NCBI GenBank assembly: GCA_044356325.1
Contig: JBIKWJ010000003.1
Span: 36,749 to 100,748, forward strand
From: Minisyncoccia bacterium
GTDB lineage: Bacteria > Patescibacteriota > Minisyncoccia > SW-4-49-11
Direction of reading: 5' to 3'
DNA length: 64,000 nt
Position numbers and translations under genes: made by a program. Below are positions 18,928 through 28,336 of the stretch, one piece after another; within the stretch, counting starts at the first letter, position 1; every line of letters begins with the position of its first letter. The notes under the pieces were generated by a model. The model searched no databases. It was not told the DNA's origin and saw only the letters and a program-made list of their open reading frames with translations.

Positions 18928-20697
18928 CTAAAGACTATTATACAAAATACCAGGGACATAACAACTAGTAGAGTAGCTAAAGGATCTCTTTATATCCCCC
19001 GTATATTTATTCCACATATCGGTAGAATATTTAGCACAATTATTTGCACACCAACTATATGACTGATTAACATATGAAGGTTTGTATTTAATATATAAAT
19101 TATCAACCTCATATCCCCTTAGATATTTAATCTCATCATACATTTGCTTTGATATAATAATATCTTTATACCTATACCCTGTGTTAATATTATGCTTAGC
19201 TATTTTCCAATCAGCACCACCCTTACCTTCATCGACATTAATATGATTGCCAGTTCCAATATTATTAATACGGTCCCAGTCATTAATATCATTGGTATCT
19301 TTATCGGGCCAAAAACTAAAGGTATTTGTAATTCCCCGTCCTGTTCTTCCTACTGCAGTCAATACGTGACCTTGATATCCCCCTATAACTGGAAATTGAG
19401 TGTTTGAAGCATATATCCTCAAATAGAATCTCTGTCCATTAAAATCATACTCCCCTGCATTAAAGCGTTGATTTTGACCGACATGGCATTGCCAGAGATG
19501 AATTCGACTTCCAAAGGTCACCCCAGCACTCGCGTCAAGACAATAGTCCTGATTGAATTTTGGTCTTATGGTACCATCTGATCTTACTACAAATTTCTGA
19601 TTATTACCACCATGACAATCCCATAAGTGCACCCTATCTCCATTATCATACTGTCCATTTGCCATATCTACATCTATACATTTCTCTACTCCTGGCTTAC
19701 CTACAAAGCGTATTTCTGAGCGCGCATCCACAAAACGGAATTGCTTTGGACCATCATTTGACCTTCCCCATAATTTAAAAGTTTGCCCATTCACTGCATT
19801 GGCATTATCTACATCCCAGATATAATCCCAATTTGATCTATTATATATAACCAGATTATTCACTGAATTAGATGAATCTCCCCAAGCAAAAACCTCTGGT
19901 ATTTTGATTAATTGTTTAGCTTTTTCTTTGAATGAAAGTTTAGGCTTTGAGTTATTCTTTAGAAATTCCTCTGATTTCTTCCTCTCTTCTAATATCTCAT
20001 TATTGAGTTTATCTATGCTTTCTTGACTTGGATATAATATATCCATTAACTCTTTATTACTGGTGGTTACTGCTGTTTGGGTTTTTGTTTTTATTGTATC
20101 TACTTGAGATTTTTTATTCCTTATTTTCTTATCCCAATTCCCTTTATTTTTTTGTATTTTTTGTTCTTGTTTAGCTATATTTTCATCTAATTTAGTAATA
20201 GCTTTTTGTATTTCGGTATTTTTCTCTTTCCCTTCTTTTAATTGCTTTCTTTTTTCTCTCTCATTATCTAATCCCTCATTCTTACCTCGATAATAATTAA
20301 TCTCTGTAATTTTAGAGTCATCAATAGTGCTATTATAGCTAATACCTCTTATCTTTTGCCCTGTTTTTATTTGACTGATTGGGATTATTTCTTCTCCAAT
20401 TATTGCTTTTGGCTCTTCACCACTATTGTCTTTAAGATTGACTATAGTATTAATATTTTCTAATTCTTCTTTATTAATTCCATCTCCTGTAAATGTTATT
20501 TCATTATATACTTGATTATATTTAGGGTTTTTACTGGGATCAATATATTCATTGAGTCCTTGCTCTTTGAGAGTTTTATTATTACTTTGGGCTATTGTCT
20601 TTGCAATTATTGTCCCCTTATAAATAAAAAAGATGGCTATCAAAGCCACTCCTAAAACCACCGCTCCCTTATAATATTTCTTATGACTATTCTCCAT
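18928..20697 (-). CDS. Membrane-anchored secreted protein with a ricin-B (beta-trefoil) lectin domain and an unknown C-terminal domain
   Basis: N-terminal TM anchor and a K/E-rich coiled-coil region. Three QxW-type repeats (KLWGRSNDGPKQF, HLWDCHGGNNQKF, HLWQCHVGQNQRF). About 190-aa Cys-containing C-terminal domain. Confidence 0.6.
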   Translation of the reverse strand: MENSHKKYYKGAVVLGVALIAIFFIYKGTIIAKTIAQSNNKTLKEQGLNEYIDPSKNPKYNQVYNEITFTGDGINKEELENINTIVNLKDNSGEEPKAIIGEEIIPISQIKTGQKIRGISYNSTIDDSKITEINYYRGKNEGLDNEREKRKQLKEGKEKNTEIQKAITKLDENIAKQEQKIQKNKGNWDKKIRNKKSQVDTIKTKTQTAVTTSNKELMDILYPSQESIDKLNNEILEERKKSEEFLKNNSKPKLSFKEKAKQLIKIPEVFAWGDSSNSVNNLVIYNRSNWDYIWDVDNANAVNGQTFKLWGRSNDGPKQFRFVDARSEIRFVGKPGVEKCIDVDMANGQYDNGDRVHLWDCHGGNNQKFVVRSDGTIRPKFNQDYCLDASAGVTFGSRIHLWQCHVGQNQRFNAGEYDFNGQRFYLRIYASNTQFPVIGGYQGHVLTAVGRTGRGITNTFSFWPDKDTNDINDWDRINNIGTGNHINVDEGKGGADWKIAKHNINTGYRYKDIIISKQMYDEIKYLRGYEVDNLYIKYKPSYVNQSYSWCANNCAKYSTDMWNKYTGDIKRSFSYSTSCYVPGILYNSL

Positions 20698-20867
20698 ATA
20701 ATTTACATATGTTAAACACCTATATGAAGATAGTATACTTTTTGTTATTAACTGTCAAATTGTGGATAAGTAGATACCAAATAAAATGCTCCCCTCAAAG
20801 TACGAAGAGAAGAAATTGAATAAAAGTAAGGCTCTTAATTGTAAGTCTTCAGGAGAGAGTGTATTTT

Positions 20868-20972
20868 TTGTCCCCCTTCGGAGGGGGCCGCCTGAAAGGC
20901 GGGGGTGGATAAAATATAAACTTGAAGTCTATCCTCCTCCGCCCTGCGGGCACCTCCCCCAAGGGAGGACAA
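20868..20972. repeat. GC-rich mosaic hairpin repeat block R1
   Basis: CCCCCTTCGGAGGGGG, GCCGCCTGAAAGGCGG and CCTCCCCCAAGGGAGGAC modules shared with other blocks. Confidence 0.7.
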
Positions 20973-21066
20973 TATTCTAATTTTATGCTGATATATATAC
21001 AAATTGCCACATGGCACGACCCTTATTGTAGATACAAATCTCAATGGGGGGTTGTTTTTTATATAC

Positions 21067-23445
21067 CTATTTCTTCCCCCAAGACCAAATTTTTTGAATC
21101 CCTAGCCATACAAAACCTAATATTGCGAGGATAATGAGTCCATAGGATATAATCTCAGCAATTACTACATTCCGAGATTTATGATAGCCAAATTCACATT
21201 CTGAATTAGCGGGTAATATTGCCGATTGAGTGAGCCCATTACGCTCAGGTTTGGTATCAATAGTTTTCTCTCCACAAGTCCATTTGAATTGAGGATTATA
21301 AACCTCTGCCACATTCACATTTTGATCCTTATCACCTGTTCTGACAATAGGATTATAGGAAAATGTTGCCACTACCTCATCTCCCGAGACATATTCTTGT
21401 ACCTCAGGCACTTCATAAATACGATATCCCTCTATAGTAGATTTCACCCATTTTAATTCTGATTTCCTCTCTAGAAGATAACAAGCGACCAGATTTCGCT
21501 TTTCCTTGAATCTATCATCACAATAATTATCGTAGTTCGTTGTCACAATATATTTAACATTATTCTCTCGTAGTATAGGAACCCATTCTGGCACAGAATA
21601 TTGAGGTAATATTTTTTCAAAATTATTAAATACTCTCTGATTAATAGCCATAGCTCGCGTATGATTCCAAGCTCCATCATCATCCCGAGTCAAATCGAGA
21701 ATACGATATTCCTGACTAGGATTAAGATTATCGACTAATTTTTTAGCTCTCTCAAAGCCAGGATAATGAGCCTCCATAGAAGGTACCGTATAGAATGTAT
21801 ACATTTTTAGCCCCTGATACCGAGCTGAAACTAATATCATTATCAGGAATACAGGAATAGAAAATACCCCCACCATACGCCATTGCTTTGACTTCATCTC
21901 GCTCACCACATAATACCAAGTAAGCCCACCCAAGATAGCAATACCAAGAGCAAATATCATCATAAATCTACCCGGAGTACGTAGCCCCCAAAAATAAGGG
22001 AAATACTCATTCAATACCCGATATAACCAAGACTTGCTATACCCCAGAGCCAAGTATCCCGCAATACCAGAACCAATCCAAAGAGGAAGTATATATTTGT
22101 TTCGCCTAAACCACAGAATAGATATAATACCAAAACTTGTCCAAATCAACCAAATAATACGATTATCTAGAGGAATATCCTTGAGCGAATATCCAATTTC
22201 CCCCGATACAATACCCTCTTTATTTTGAAGATATACCAGTTCTGTAATAGTAGGAGAATAATAATCTTTTACAAAAGGAACAATACGCTCCTTAGTCTGA
22301 GATTCATCCAATAAACCTGTATTGGCTCGATACCCAAAGAATGTCGGCACCAAAACATGTAGCCCCAATAAACACACAATAATCCATACCCCAGAGAATA
22401 ATCCCAAACGCCGCATTAATTCTCTCTGAGACTTATAATCAATCAAAGCAATACCCAACATAATAATTATCAGAGGAATAACATTGCTAAATACCATAGT
22501 AATCCCTGAAATCAATGTACTCAAAGCCACAATAATACCCAATACCAAAGTCCGATGTATAAGCCCAAACCAATTTGGCTTATGTCTCATCAACCATATC
22601 CAATCATTTACAATCCAAGGAAGCAAAGCATAAGCAATACCGAATTCCACCACACCATTTAATACCGAGAGATAAAATGGATTCAATATATATATAAGCG
22701 TAGCGAGAATTTGAACCCCAATACCACGACTACTTTTTGTCACCTGAGGGAGAATAGCTCTCATCAACTTTATAATACCCACAGCCGCAATACCAATACT
22801 CAAAAGCTGATGAATTTTTATCCCGAGATAAAAGTCCCCCGCCAAGAATGAAAGAATATGAGTGTATAATACCGCCCAATTACTCGTCAATATATTCCAA
22901 GCAAATCCAAATTGATAAAACCATCCAATCCAAAATGTCAAAAAAGCATCAAGATGAACAACTCCTCCCCCCATATCCAAAAAACTATTATGAGGAATAC
23001 CATCTTTAAAGAAATACTTCCCTGACACATAAATAAGAGATATACCCAATATCCCAATAATCCATATATAAATAGGGATTTTGGTGATTTGTTTGTGCCC
23101 CCAATTACCCGCTTTTTCTAAAGAACTCTCTAATCCTTTCCATCGCCATCGCTGCCCACTCCATATTTCACTAAACACCATAATACACATAAGATAAAAA
23201 ACATTCACCGCAAAAGCTTCAGCCAATTTATCTAATTTGAGAGACAAGGCAATAGGAGCGAGTACAAGAAAGGTAATCGCCCCATACCCTGCATATTTAC
23301 CATCTAATCGAAATAATATTACCACTCCAATATATGCCCAGATTAAAGATGACCATATACTTCCCAAAAGCAAAAAAGCAATCACAAAAATTGCAATAAC
23401 AATTGCTAATTTCACCCAATCTAGACCAGTAATTTCTGATTTCAT
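21067..23445 (-). CDS. Large polytopic membrane protein with a C-terminal soluble domain (GT-C-like glycosyltransferase candidate)
   Basis: 792 aa with at least 14 TM helices over about 520 aa, then a roughly 270-aa hydrophilic domain. Confidence 0.55.
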   Translation of the reverse strand: MKSEITGLDWVKLAIVIAIFVIAFLLLGSIWSSLIWAYIGVVILFRLDGKYAGYGAITFLVLAPIALSLKLDKLAEAFAVNVFYLMCIMVFSEIWSGQRWRWKGLESSLEKAGNWGHKQITKIPIYIWIIGILGISLIYVSGKYFFKDGIPHNSFLDMGGGVVHLDAFLTFWIGWFYQFGFAWNILTSNWAVLYTHILSFLAGDFYLGIKIHQLLSIGIAAVGIIKLMRAILPQVTKSSRGIGVQILATLIYILNPFYLSVLNGVVEFGIAYALLPWIVNDWIWLMRHKPNWFGLIHRTLVLGIIVALSTLISGITMVFSNVIPLIIIMLGIALIDYKSQRELMRRLGLFSGVWIIVCLLGLHVLVPTFFGYRANTGLLDESQTKERIVPFVKDYYSPTITELVYLQNKEGIVSGEIGYSLKDIPLDNRIIWLIWTSFGIISILWFRRNKYILPLWIGSGIAGYLALGYSKSWLYRVLNEYFPYFWGLRTPGRFMMIFALGIAILGGLTWYYVVSEMKSKQWRMVGVFSIPVFLIMILVSARYQGLKMYTFYTVPSMEAHYPGFERAKKLVDNLNPSQEYRILDLTRDDDGAWNHTRAMAINQRVFNNFEKILPQYSVPEWVPILRENNVKYIVTTNYDNYCDDRFKEKRNLVACYLLERKSELKWVKSTIEGYRIYEVPEVQEYVSGDEVVATFSYNPIVRTGDKDQNVNVAEVYNPQFKWTCGEKTIDTKPERNGLTQSAILPANSECEFGYHKSRNVVIAEIISYGLIILAILGFVWLGIQKIWSWGKK

Positions 23446-24424
23446 ATATATCTAATTGTATCATTTTTAGGACAATTAGCAACTTACCTACTTATACTAT
23501 AACCATCACTAAATAAAAAAGATGTGGCACAGATAAGGACTAACCCTTCACCACACGATATACATATAATTTATCCCTATACAAGCTTAAACCCACCTAC
23601 AAAGTTGAGGTGGGTAAATTATTGCTTTTTCCTTGTAGGAATATATCTAGCCTGACTATAATATATAGATTGCCAATCATCTTCTAATTGAAGCAGCCTG
23701 CATATTTGTTGTTTATATAAATATAAAGTGAGTGCTTTGTTGTGACAATGAGATTGTTTCAGCTTTTTCATATTAGCCTGTACTCTTTTAATCTCGTTTC
23801 TAATTTCTTGTATCCTCATCAGAAAACCTCCAAAAAAACACCCATCTACAATACCCAAAATGTTGATTTTTGTCAAATAAAAAGCTGTACAAAAAGCCAA
23901 AAATATGTTATTAATATGTTGGTTTTCATTATCAACCCATGACCAAAAACCATCGTTCAAAGTATCCGAGAATAATACTTATTTGTACAATTACAGCAAC
24001 CTTGTGCTTCGCAGTAGCTGCAAATGGGGCCATAAATCCCAAACAAATGCTAATATTGGCGAGTAATAATCTACATAGTTTTATCGATGACAAAACATAC
24101 CCAGATCCAAAAGATCCAAATGCTCAATGCTCAGCTATGACGCAAAGGCCTTGGAATCAAAGGTGGGGACCTTGCTGGAACTAGCGTCACATCACAACAA
24201 TACTCCATCGCAGGCAAACTGCGGTGGTTTTTTCATATATATTATTGACAAAAAATTTCTTAATGACCCAGATTTAAATAATCTCTTTGAACGGATTAAA
24301 TTACAGATACGTATAGATCAAGAAAGAGCAAAGGCAGAACAAGAATCTTTACCTAAGCAACAGGAGTAGAAAACATCAACCCCAAATCTGGCACATCTTG
24401 TGACCAGATTTTTTATTTACAGAT

Positions 24425-24722
24425 TCTGTCCACACCCACCGCAAAGCAGTCCCCCCTTCCACCTACGGTCGACAAGCTGCCGGCGAGGCCTGCCTGCGGT
24501 AGGCAGGGAGAGTTTTGAGGGCTTTCACTTCTAGCCCCCTTCGTAGGGGGGGCTTTCAGTCACCTGTATTTTGTACTAAATTCCCCTCTCTCCCTACGGG
24601 AGATAAATTGAGGGAGGTGGCCAGGCTTTGCCTGACGGGGTGGAGTAGTTTGCACTTTGCTCTTGCCCTTCTGTCCTCCCTTGGGGGAGGTGGCACGGAG
24701 TACTGGGTGTGGACTGTATTTT
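24425..24722. repeat. GC-rich mosaic hairpin repeat block R2
   Basis: Contains modules A, B, C, D and F shared with R3-R13. Confidence 0.75.
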
Positions 24723-24745
24723 TGTTTCTTATCTCCGAACCTAAT

Positions 24746-25816
24746 TCACCCAATACTTTGAAAATAATTATTCACAGCAAATTCATATTGCTCCATGAAT
24801 ATCTTTTTAAAATAAGTAATATTATTAGTCTCATAAAATAATATACTAGCCTTTTTATACTCAGCCTCAGAAACCCCTCTATAAGACAACGGGGTATAAT
24901 CACAAGCAATCAACATAGCATTAGATACAAGTCTAGCAGTCCTTTTATTCCCATCCTCAAAACCCTGTATATATGACAATAAAATCAAGCTAAAAAATGC
25001 CTTCTCAAACACATTAGAAGTCCCATTCACCAATTTCACCATAGACTTTATAGCCTCCTCAATATGAAACATATTATCTATTGGCCTATAATTAGTTCCC
25101 ACAATCCCCACTGGAGACTTTCTCAAATTATGAGTAATATTCAAATTTTTAACCAAAATCTGATGAGCTTTTTCAATAAAAGCCTGCTTCAAAACTTTAA
25201 AACTCTTTTTATGAGCTATCACAAAATCAAAAGCCTCCTTATGATTAAGGATCATTTGAGTCTCCTCCTGACTTTTACCAACCGCACTTTGATGATTTAC
25301 AATCAAAGACTCCGTATCCAAAAGAGAATAAGTGTTTCCCTCAATCTGAGAAGATTTCCACGCAAACTCAATAATTATCCTTTCAAACTCCTTATGCTTA
25401 ATCACATCACTATCTATACCCTCAAGATTACTAACAAAAGTATTATGCAAACCCTCCAAATAACTCATTTCCTCCTCCGTAAAAACTGAAGTCTCCGCCA
25501 AAAGTTTAAAAACATCAAAATTAAATTTACTATTAACTAACCTCTCATCCTGAGGAATAACAAAATACTCCTCTACATCTATAGGCCTCAAAAGAGCATA
25601 GCCGGGAGCCAAATTATACTCCACACCTCGCCCAGCACCAGTCTGCATCAAATATCCAAGCTCACATAATAATTGCAAATCCCTGACAATAGTCACGCGA
25701 GACACCTCCTCAGCCAAAAATTCCATTATATCCAAAACCGCCCCACTACTATGAGACTCAAAAAACTCTATAATTCTAAGTTGGCGAACATTAAGACCAA
25801 TATTATTCTGCTTCAT
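24746..25816 (-). CDS. Fic-family protein with N-terminal wHTH and a degenerate active-site motif
   Basis: Fic-fold region with QGFEDGNKRTAR in place of canonical HPFx(D/E)GNGRxxR. N-terminal HTH-like segment. Confidence 0.55.
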   Translation of the reverse strand: MKQNNIGLNVRQLRIIEFFESHSSGAVLDIMEFLAEEVSRVTIVRDLQLLCELGYLMQTGAGRGVEYNLAPGYALLRPIDVEEYFVIPQDERLVNSKFNFDVFKLLAETSVFTEEEMSYLEGLHNTFVSNLEGIDSDVIKHKEFERIIIEFAWKSSQIEGNTYSLLDTESLIVNHQSAVGKSQEETQMILNHKEAFDFVIAHKKSFKVLKQAFIEKAHQILVKNLNITHNLRKSPVGIVGTNYRPIDNMFHIEEAIKSMVKLVNGTSNVFEKAFFSLILLSYIQGFEDGNKRTARLVSNAMLIACDYTPLSYRGVSEAEYKKASILFYETNNITYFKKIFMEQYEFAVNNYFQSIG

Positions 25817-25896
25817 ATAAAATATATTAAATCATTAATTCAATCTAATTGTATCATAAATGATACAATTAAGCAATCGCAATGATACAATTAAAT

Positions 25897-26160
25897 CCAG
25901 CACTCCCTCCACTTCGTAGAGGCGACCTTTCAGTCACCTGTATTTTGTACTAAACTCCCCTCTCTCCCTACGGGTTTACCTCCCGTAGGGGTGGAGATAA
26001 ATTAAGGGAGGTGGCAGGGCGGTCCCTCCCATACTTTAAGTTTGGGAGGGGACGGAGGAGGACTTTTCAGACGGCGGAATGAGGACAAAAACCCCCTACT
26101 CCCCCACAGAATCACTATCTATCTTAGAGCGACTCCCCTGTTTTCGCTGACGATAAAAAG
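25897..26160. repeat. GC-rich mosaic hairpin repeat block R3
   Basis: Modules F and E. The 70-bp module E is identical to 28258-28335. Confidence 0.75.
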
Positions 26161-26236
26161 TATAGCCAAGGTAGCTAATATATATATAATTACAATTTCC
26201 TATGATATAATATAAAGACCATATTTACAAAATACT

Positions 26237-26674
26237 ATGAACAAAAATATTAAAAAATTTATAAAAAGATTTCAGGAATGGTTCATAATAAAACCAAACC
26301 TAGACATCTCAGAACACAAACCTCCCTTCTTTTCTGAAAGAGATATTTGGTGGTGTCGTTTAGGGGAGAATATAGGGATTGAAATAAGTGGCAAAGGTCG
26401 AGAGTTTGCTAGACCAGTAATAGTATTGAAGAAATTTTCACAAAGATTACTTTTAATAATACCAACTACAACAAAACTTACATTTTCTAATGGAACAGAA
26501 AAAGAGGGAGAAAGATTTATAAAATTTATTTATAATGACATTGTAATGTTAGCTTGCTTAGAACAAGTTAGAACTATAGACTATAGAAGATTAAAAAACA
26601 AATTAGGTCAATTAGATAAAAAAGATTTCAACTTGATACACACATCTTTTCAAAACTTATTTATAAAAAAATAA
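26237..26674 (+). CDS. PemK/MazF-like toxin fold protein
   Basis: RDIWWCRLGENIGIEISGKGREFARPVIVLKK...LLIIPTTTK matches the MazF/PemK core (W..dl.p..G.E..g.RP.lVl...vv.Pit). Confidence 0.5.
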   Translation: MNKNIKKFIKRFQEWFIIKPNLDISEHKPPFFSERDIWWCRLGENIGIEISGKGREFARPVIVLKKFSQRLLLIIPTTTKLTFSNGTEKEGERFIKFIYNDIVMLACLEQVRTIDYRRLKNKLGQLDKKDFNLIHTSFQNLFIKK

Positions 26675-26837
26675 GCCCTCTTGCGAGGGGCGCGGCTAGT
26701 GCCGAATACAATAGTAATATATACCAAAACTTTACATTTGTCAAGTCAAAATTTTCTGTCCCCTACTTCTTTATTTTCACAGTATTATGCTCTTTTGACT
26801 TAGAATGTTTTTTCTTCTGTCCTTCGTTGGTGAGTAT

Positions 26838-27012
26838 GGACTGAGATTTTTGTTCTCCATTCCCCTCTTGAGGGGTGGACAGCTTCGCTGGACGGGGTGG
26901 AGTATTTTGTCCTCCCTCACTAGCACTCTGTCCCTCGCTGGCAGCTTGTCGACCGTAGGTGGAAGGGTGGCACGGAGTGCCGGGTGTGGACTGAGCTTTA
27001 TTCCCCCTCTTC
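26838..27012. repeat. GC-rich mosaic hairpin repeat block R4
   Basis: Modules C, B and A in order. Confidence 0.75.
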
Positions 27013-27030
27013 CTAACCCAATAAAACCCA

Positions 27031-27094
27031 AGATACCCTAGACATAGAATCAAGGTAGTGCCCGAGATAATAATACCAAGATAAAAAATATGAT
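27031..27094 (+). repeat. 64-bp direct repeat, copy 1 (duplicate of the 3' end of the 28272..30518 gene)
   Basis: About 60/64 identical to 28345..28407. Encodes an ...ILCLGYLG... TM segment on the minus strand. Confidence 0.7.
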
Positions 27095-27126
27095 ATAATT
27101 AGTACTATATTCCAAAAATAAATATT

Positions 27127-27768
27127 ATGACTTATATTTTTTTAGATGAGAGTGGAGATTTAGGTTTTAACCTAAATAAAAGTGGGACAAGTGAAAACTT
27201 CATTATTACATTCTTTGTAATAAAAAATAAAAAGCCCTTTGATAATATTGTAAAGAAAACTCTTGCCAAAATGAATAAAGTAGAAAGAAAGTCTATACAA
27301 GGTGTTTTGCATTCTTATAAACTATTACCTAGAAGGAGAAAGAAGTTATTAAAATCTATATTAGAATATGATTTCAAGTTGATGGTAATAAGGTTAAATA
27401 AATCCAAAGTATACACACATTTACATAATGAAAAGCAGGTAGTTTACAATTATATAACCAATATATTACTAAATAGAATATTAGATAAAAAACTAATAGA
27501 CACTGATCAAAAAGTTCATCTTATAGCATCAAGAAGAGAAACAAATAAATTTCTAAATTCAAATTTTAAAAATTACTTAAAGAATAAAGCTCAAAAAAAC
27601 CATTCTATTGATATAGATATAAATATTGCATTATCCAATCAGGAAAAGTGTTTACAGATAGTAGATCTGATAAGCTGGTCATATTTCAGACACATAGAAC
27701 ACAAAGATAGTAGCTACTACAATATAATCAAAGAGATGATGGAAGAAGAAGTAATTTTGTTCCAATAA
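27127..27768 (+). CDS. DUF3800-family protein
   Basis: N-terminal IFLDESGDLGF is the DUF3800 hallmark. 213 aa. Confidence 0.55.
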   Translation: MTYIFLDESGDLGFNLNKSGTSENFIITFFVIKNKKPFDNIVKKTLAKMNKVERKSIQGVLHSYKLLPRRRKKLLKSILEYDFKLMVIRLNKSKVYTHLHNEKQVVYNYITNILLNRILDKKLIDTDQKVHLIASRRETNKFLNSNFKNYLKNKAQKNHSIDIDINIALSNQEKCLQIVDLISWSYFRHIEHKDSSYYNIIKEMMEEEVILFQ

Positions 27769-27924
27769 AACAAAACCCTAAGTGCCATTTAGAGGAACCA
27801 TACGGAGCCTCACACTTAGGGAATTACTTGTTGATTAGATTATAACAAATATACTCAAGTTTTGTCAAGACAAAAGCTCTCCCCTACTTCTTAATCTTAA
27901 TTACACTCTTAGACTTATTTTTCT

Positions 27925-28336
27925 TCTGTCCTTTATGTCTGTCCCTGCCTACCGTAGGTATGGCCTCCCTACTCACCTGTCCTCCCTTTTTTAATCCACC
28001 TTGGGTGGAGGGGGTGCCTGCAAGGCAGGGGTGGATGTATTTTGCAATTTGAGCTTTTGTCTCCCTTAGGAGGCTTTCGTCCCTCCTATATTTATTTAGG
28101 AGGGGGAGTACCCGCAGGGGGAGGGTGGATCAAACTCAAAATAAAATACTAAAATAATAACTGAGTTATAAAATTACAATTATCCACCTCCGGCACTCCG
28201 TGCCACCTCCTCCAACTACCTACGGATTTACCTCCCGTAGGGATGGAGTTAAAAAGGAGGACAAAAACCCCCTACTCCCCCACAGAATCACTATCTATCT
28301 TAGAGCGACTCCCCTGTTTTCGCTGACGATAAAAGG
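27925..28336. repeat. GC-rich mosaic hairpin repeat block R5
   Basis: Modules B, D, H and A, ending in the 70-bp module E. Confidence 0.75.

Noticed and set aside
23460-24420. Three small ORFs (23619..23960 minus; 23939..24184 and 24127..24369 plus) between the large membrane gene and repeat R2
   Set aside because: No motif support, overlapping and switching strands. Could be real small proteins but I cannot support any call. Left unannotated.
24515-24841. ORFs of 60-110 aa inside GC-rich repeat blocks (24515..24841, 24556..24753, 26763..27053, 26777..27031, 26805..27041, 33475..33696, 38056..38259, 38117..38389, 38151..38375, 51096..51284, 51137..51364, 20786..20980, 20835..21044)
   Set aside because: All lie entirely within the mosaic hairpin repeats. 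Their Pro/Gly/Arg/Ser-rich translations come from GC-rich palindromic DNA, they overlap on both strands, and the same DNA modules give different frames at different loci. They are repeat artefacts, not genes.
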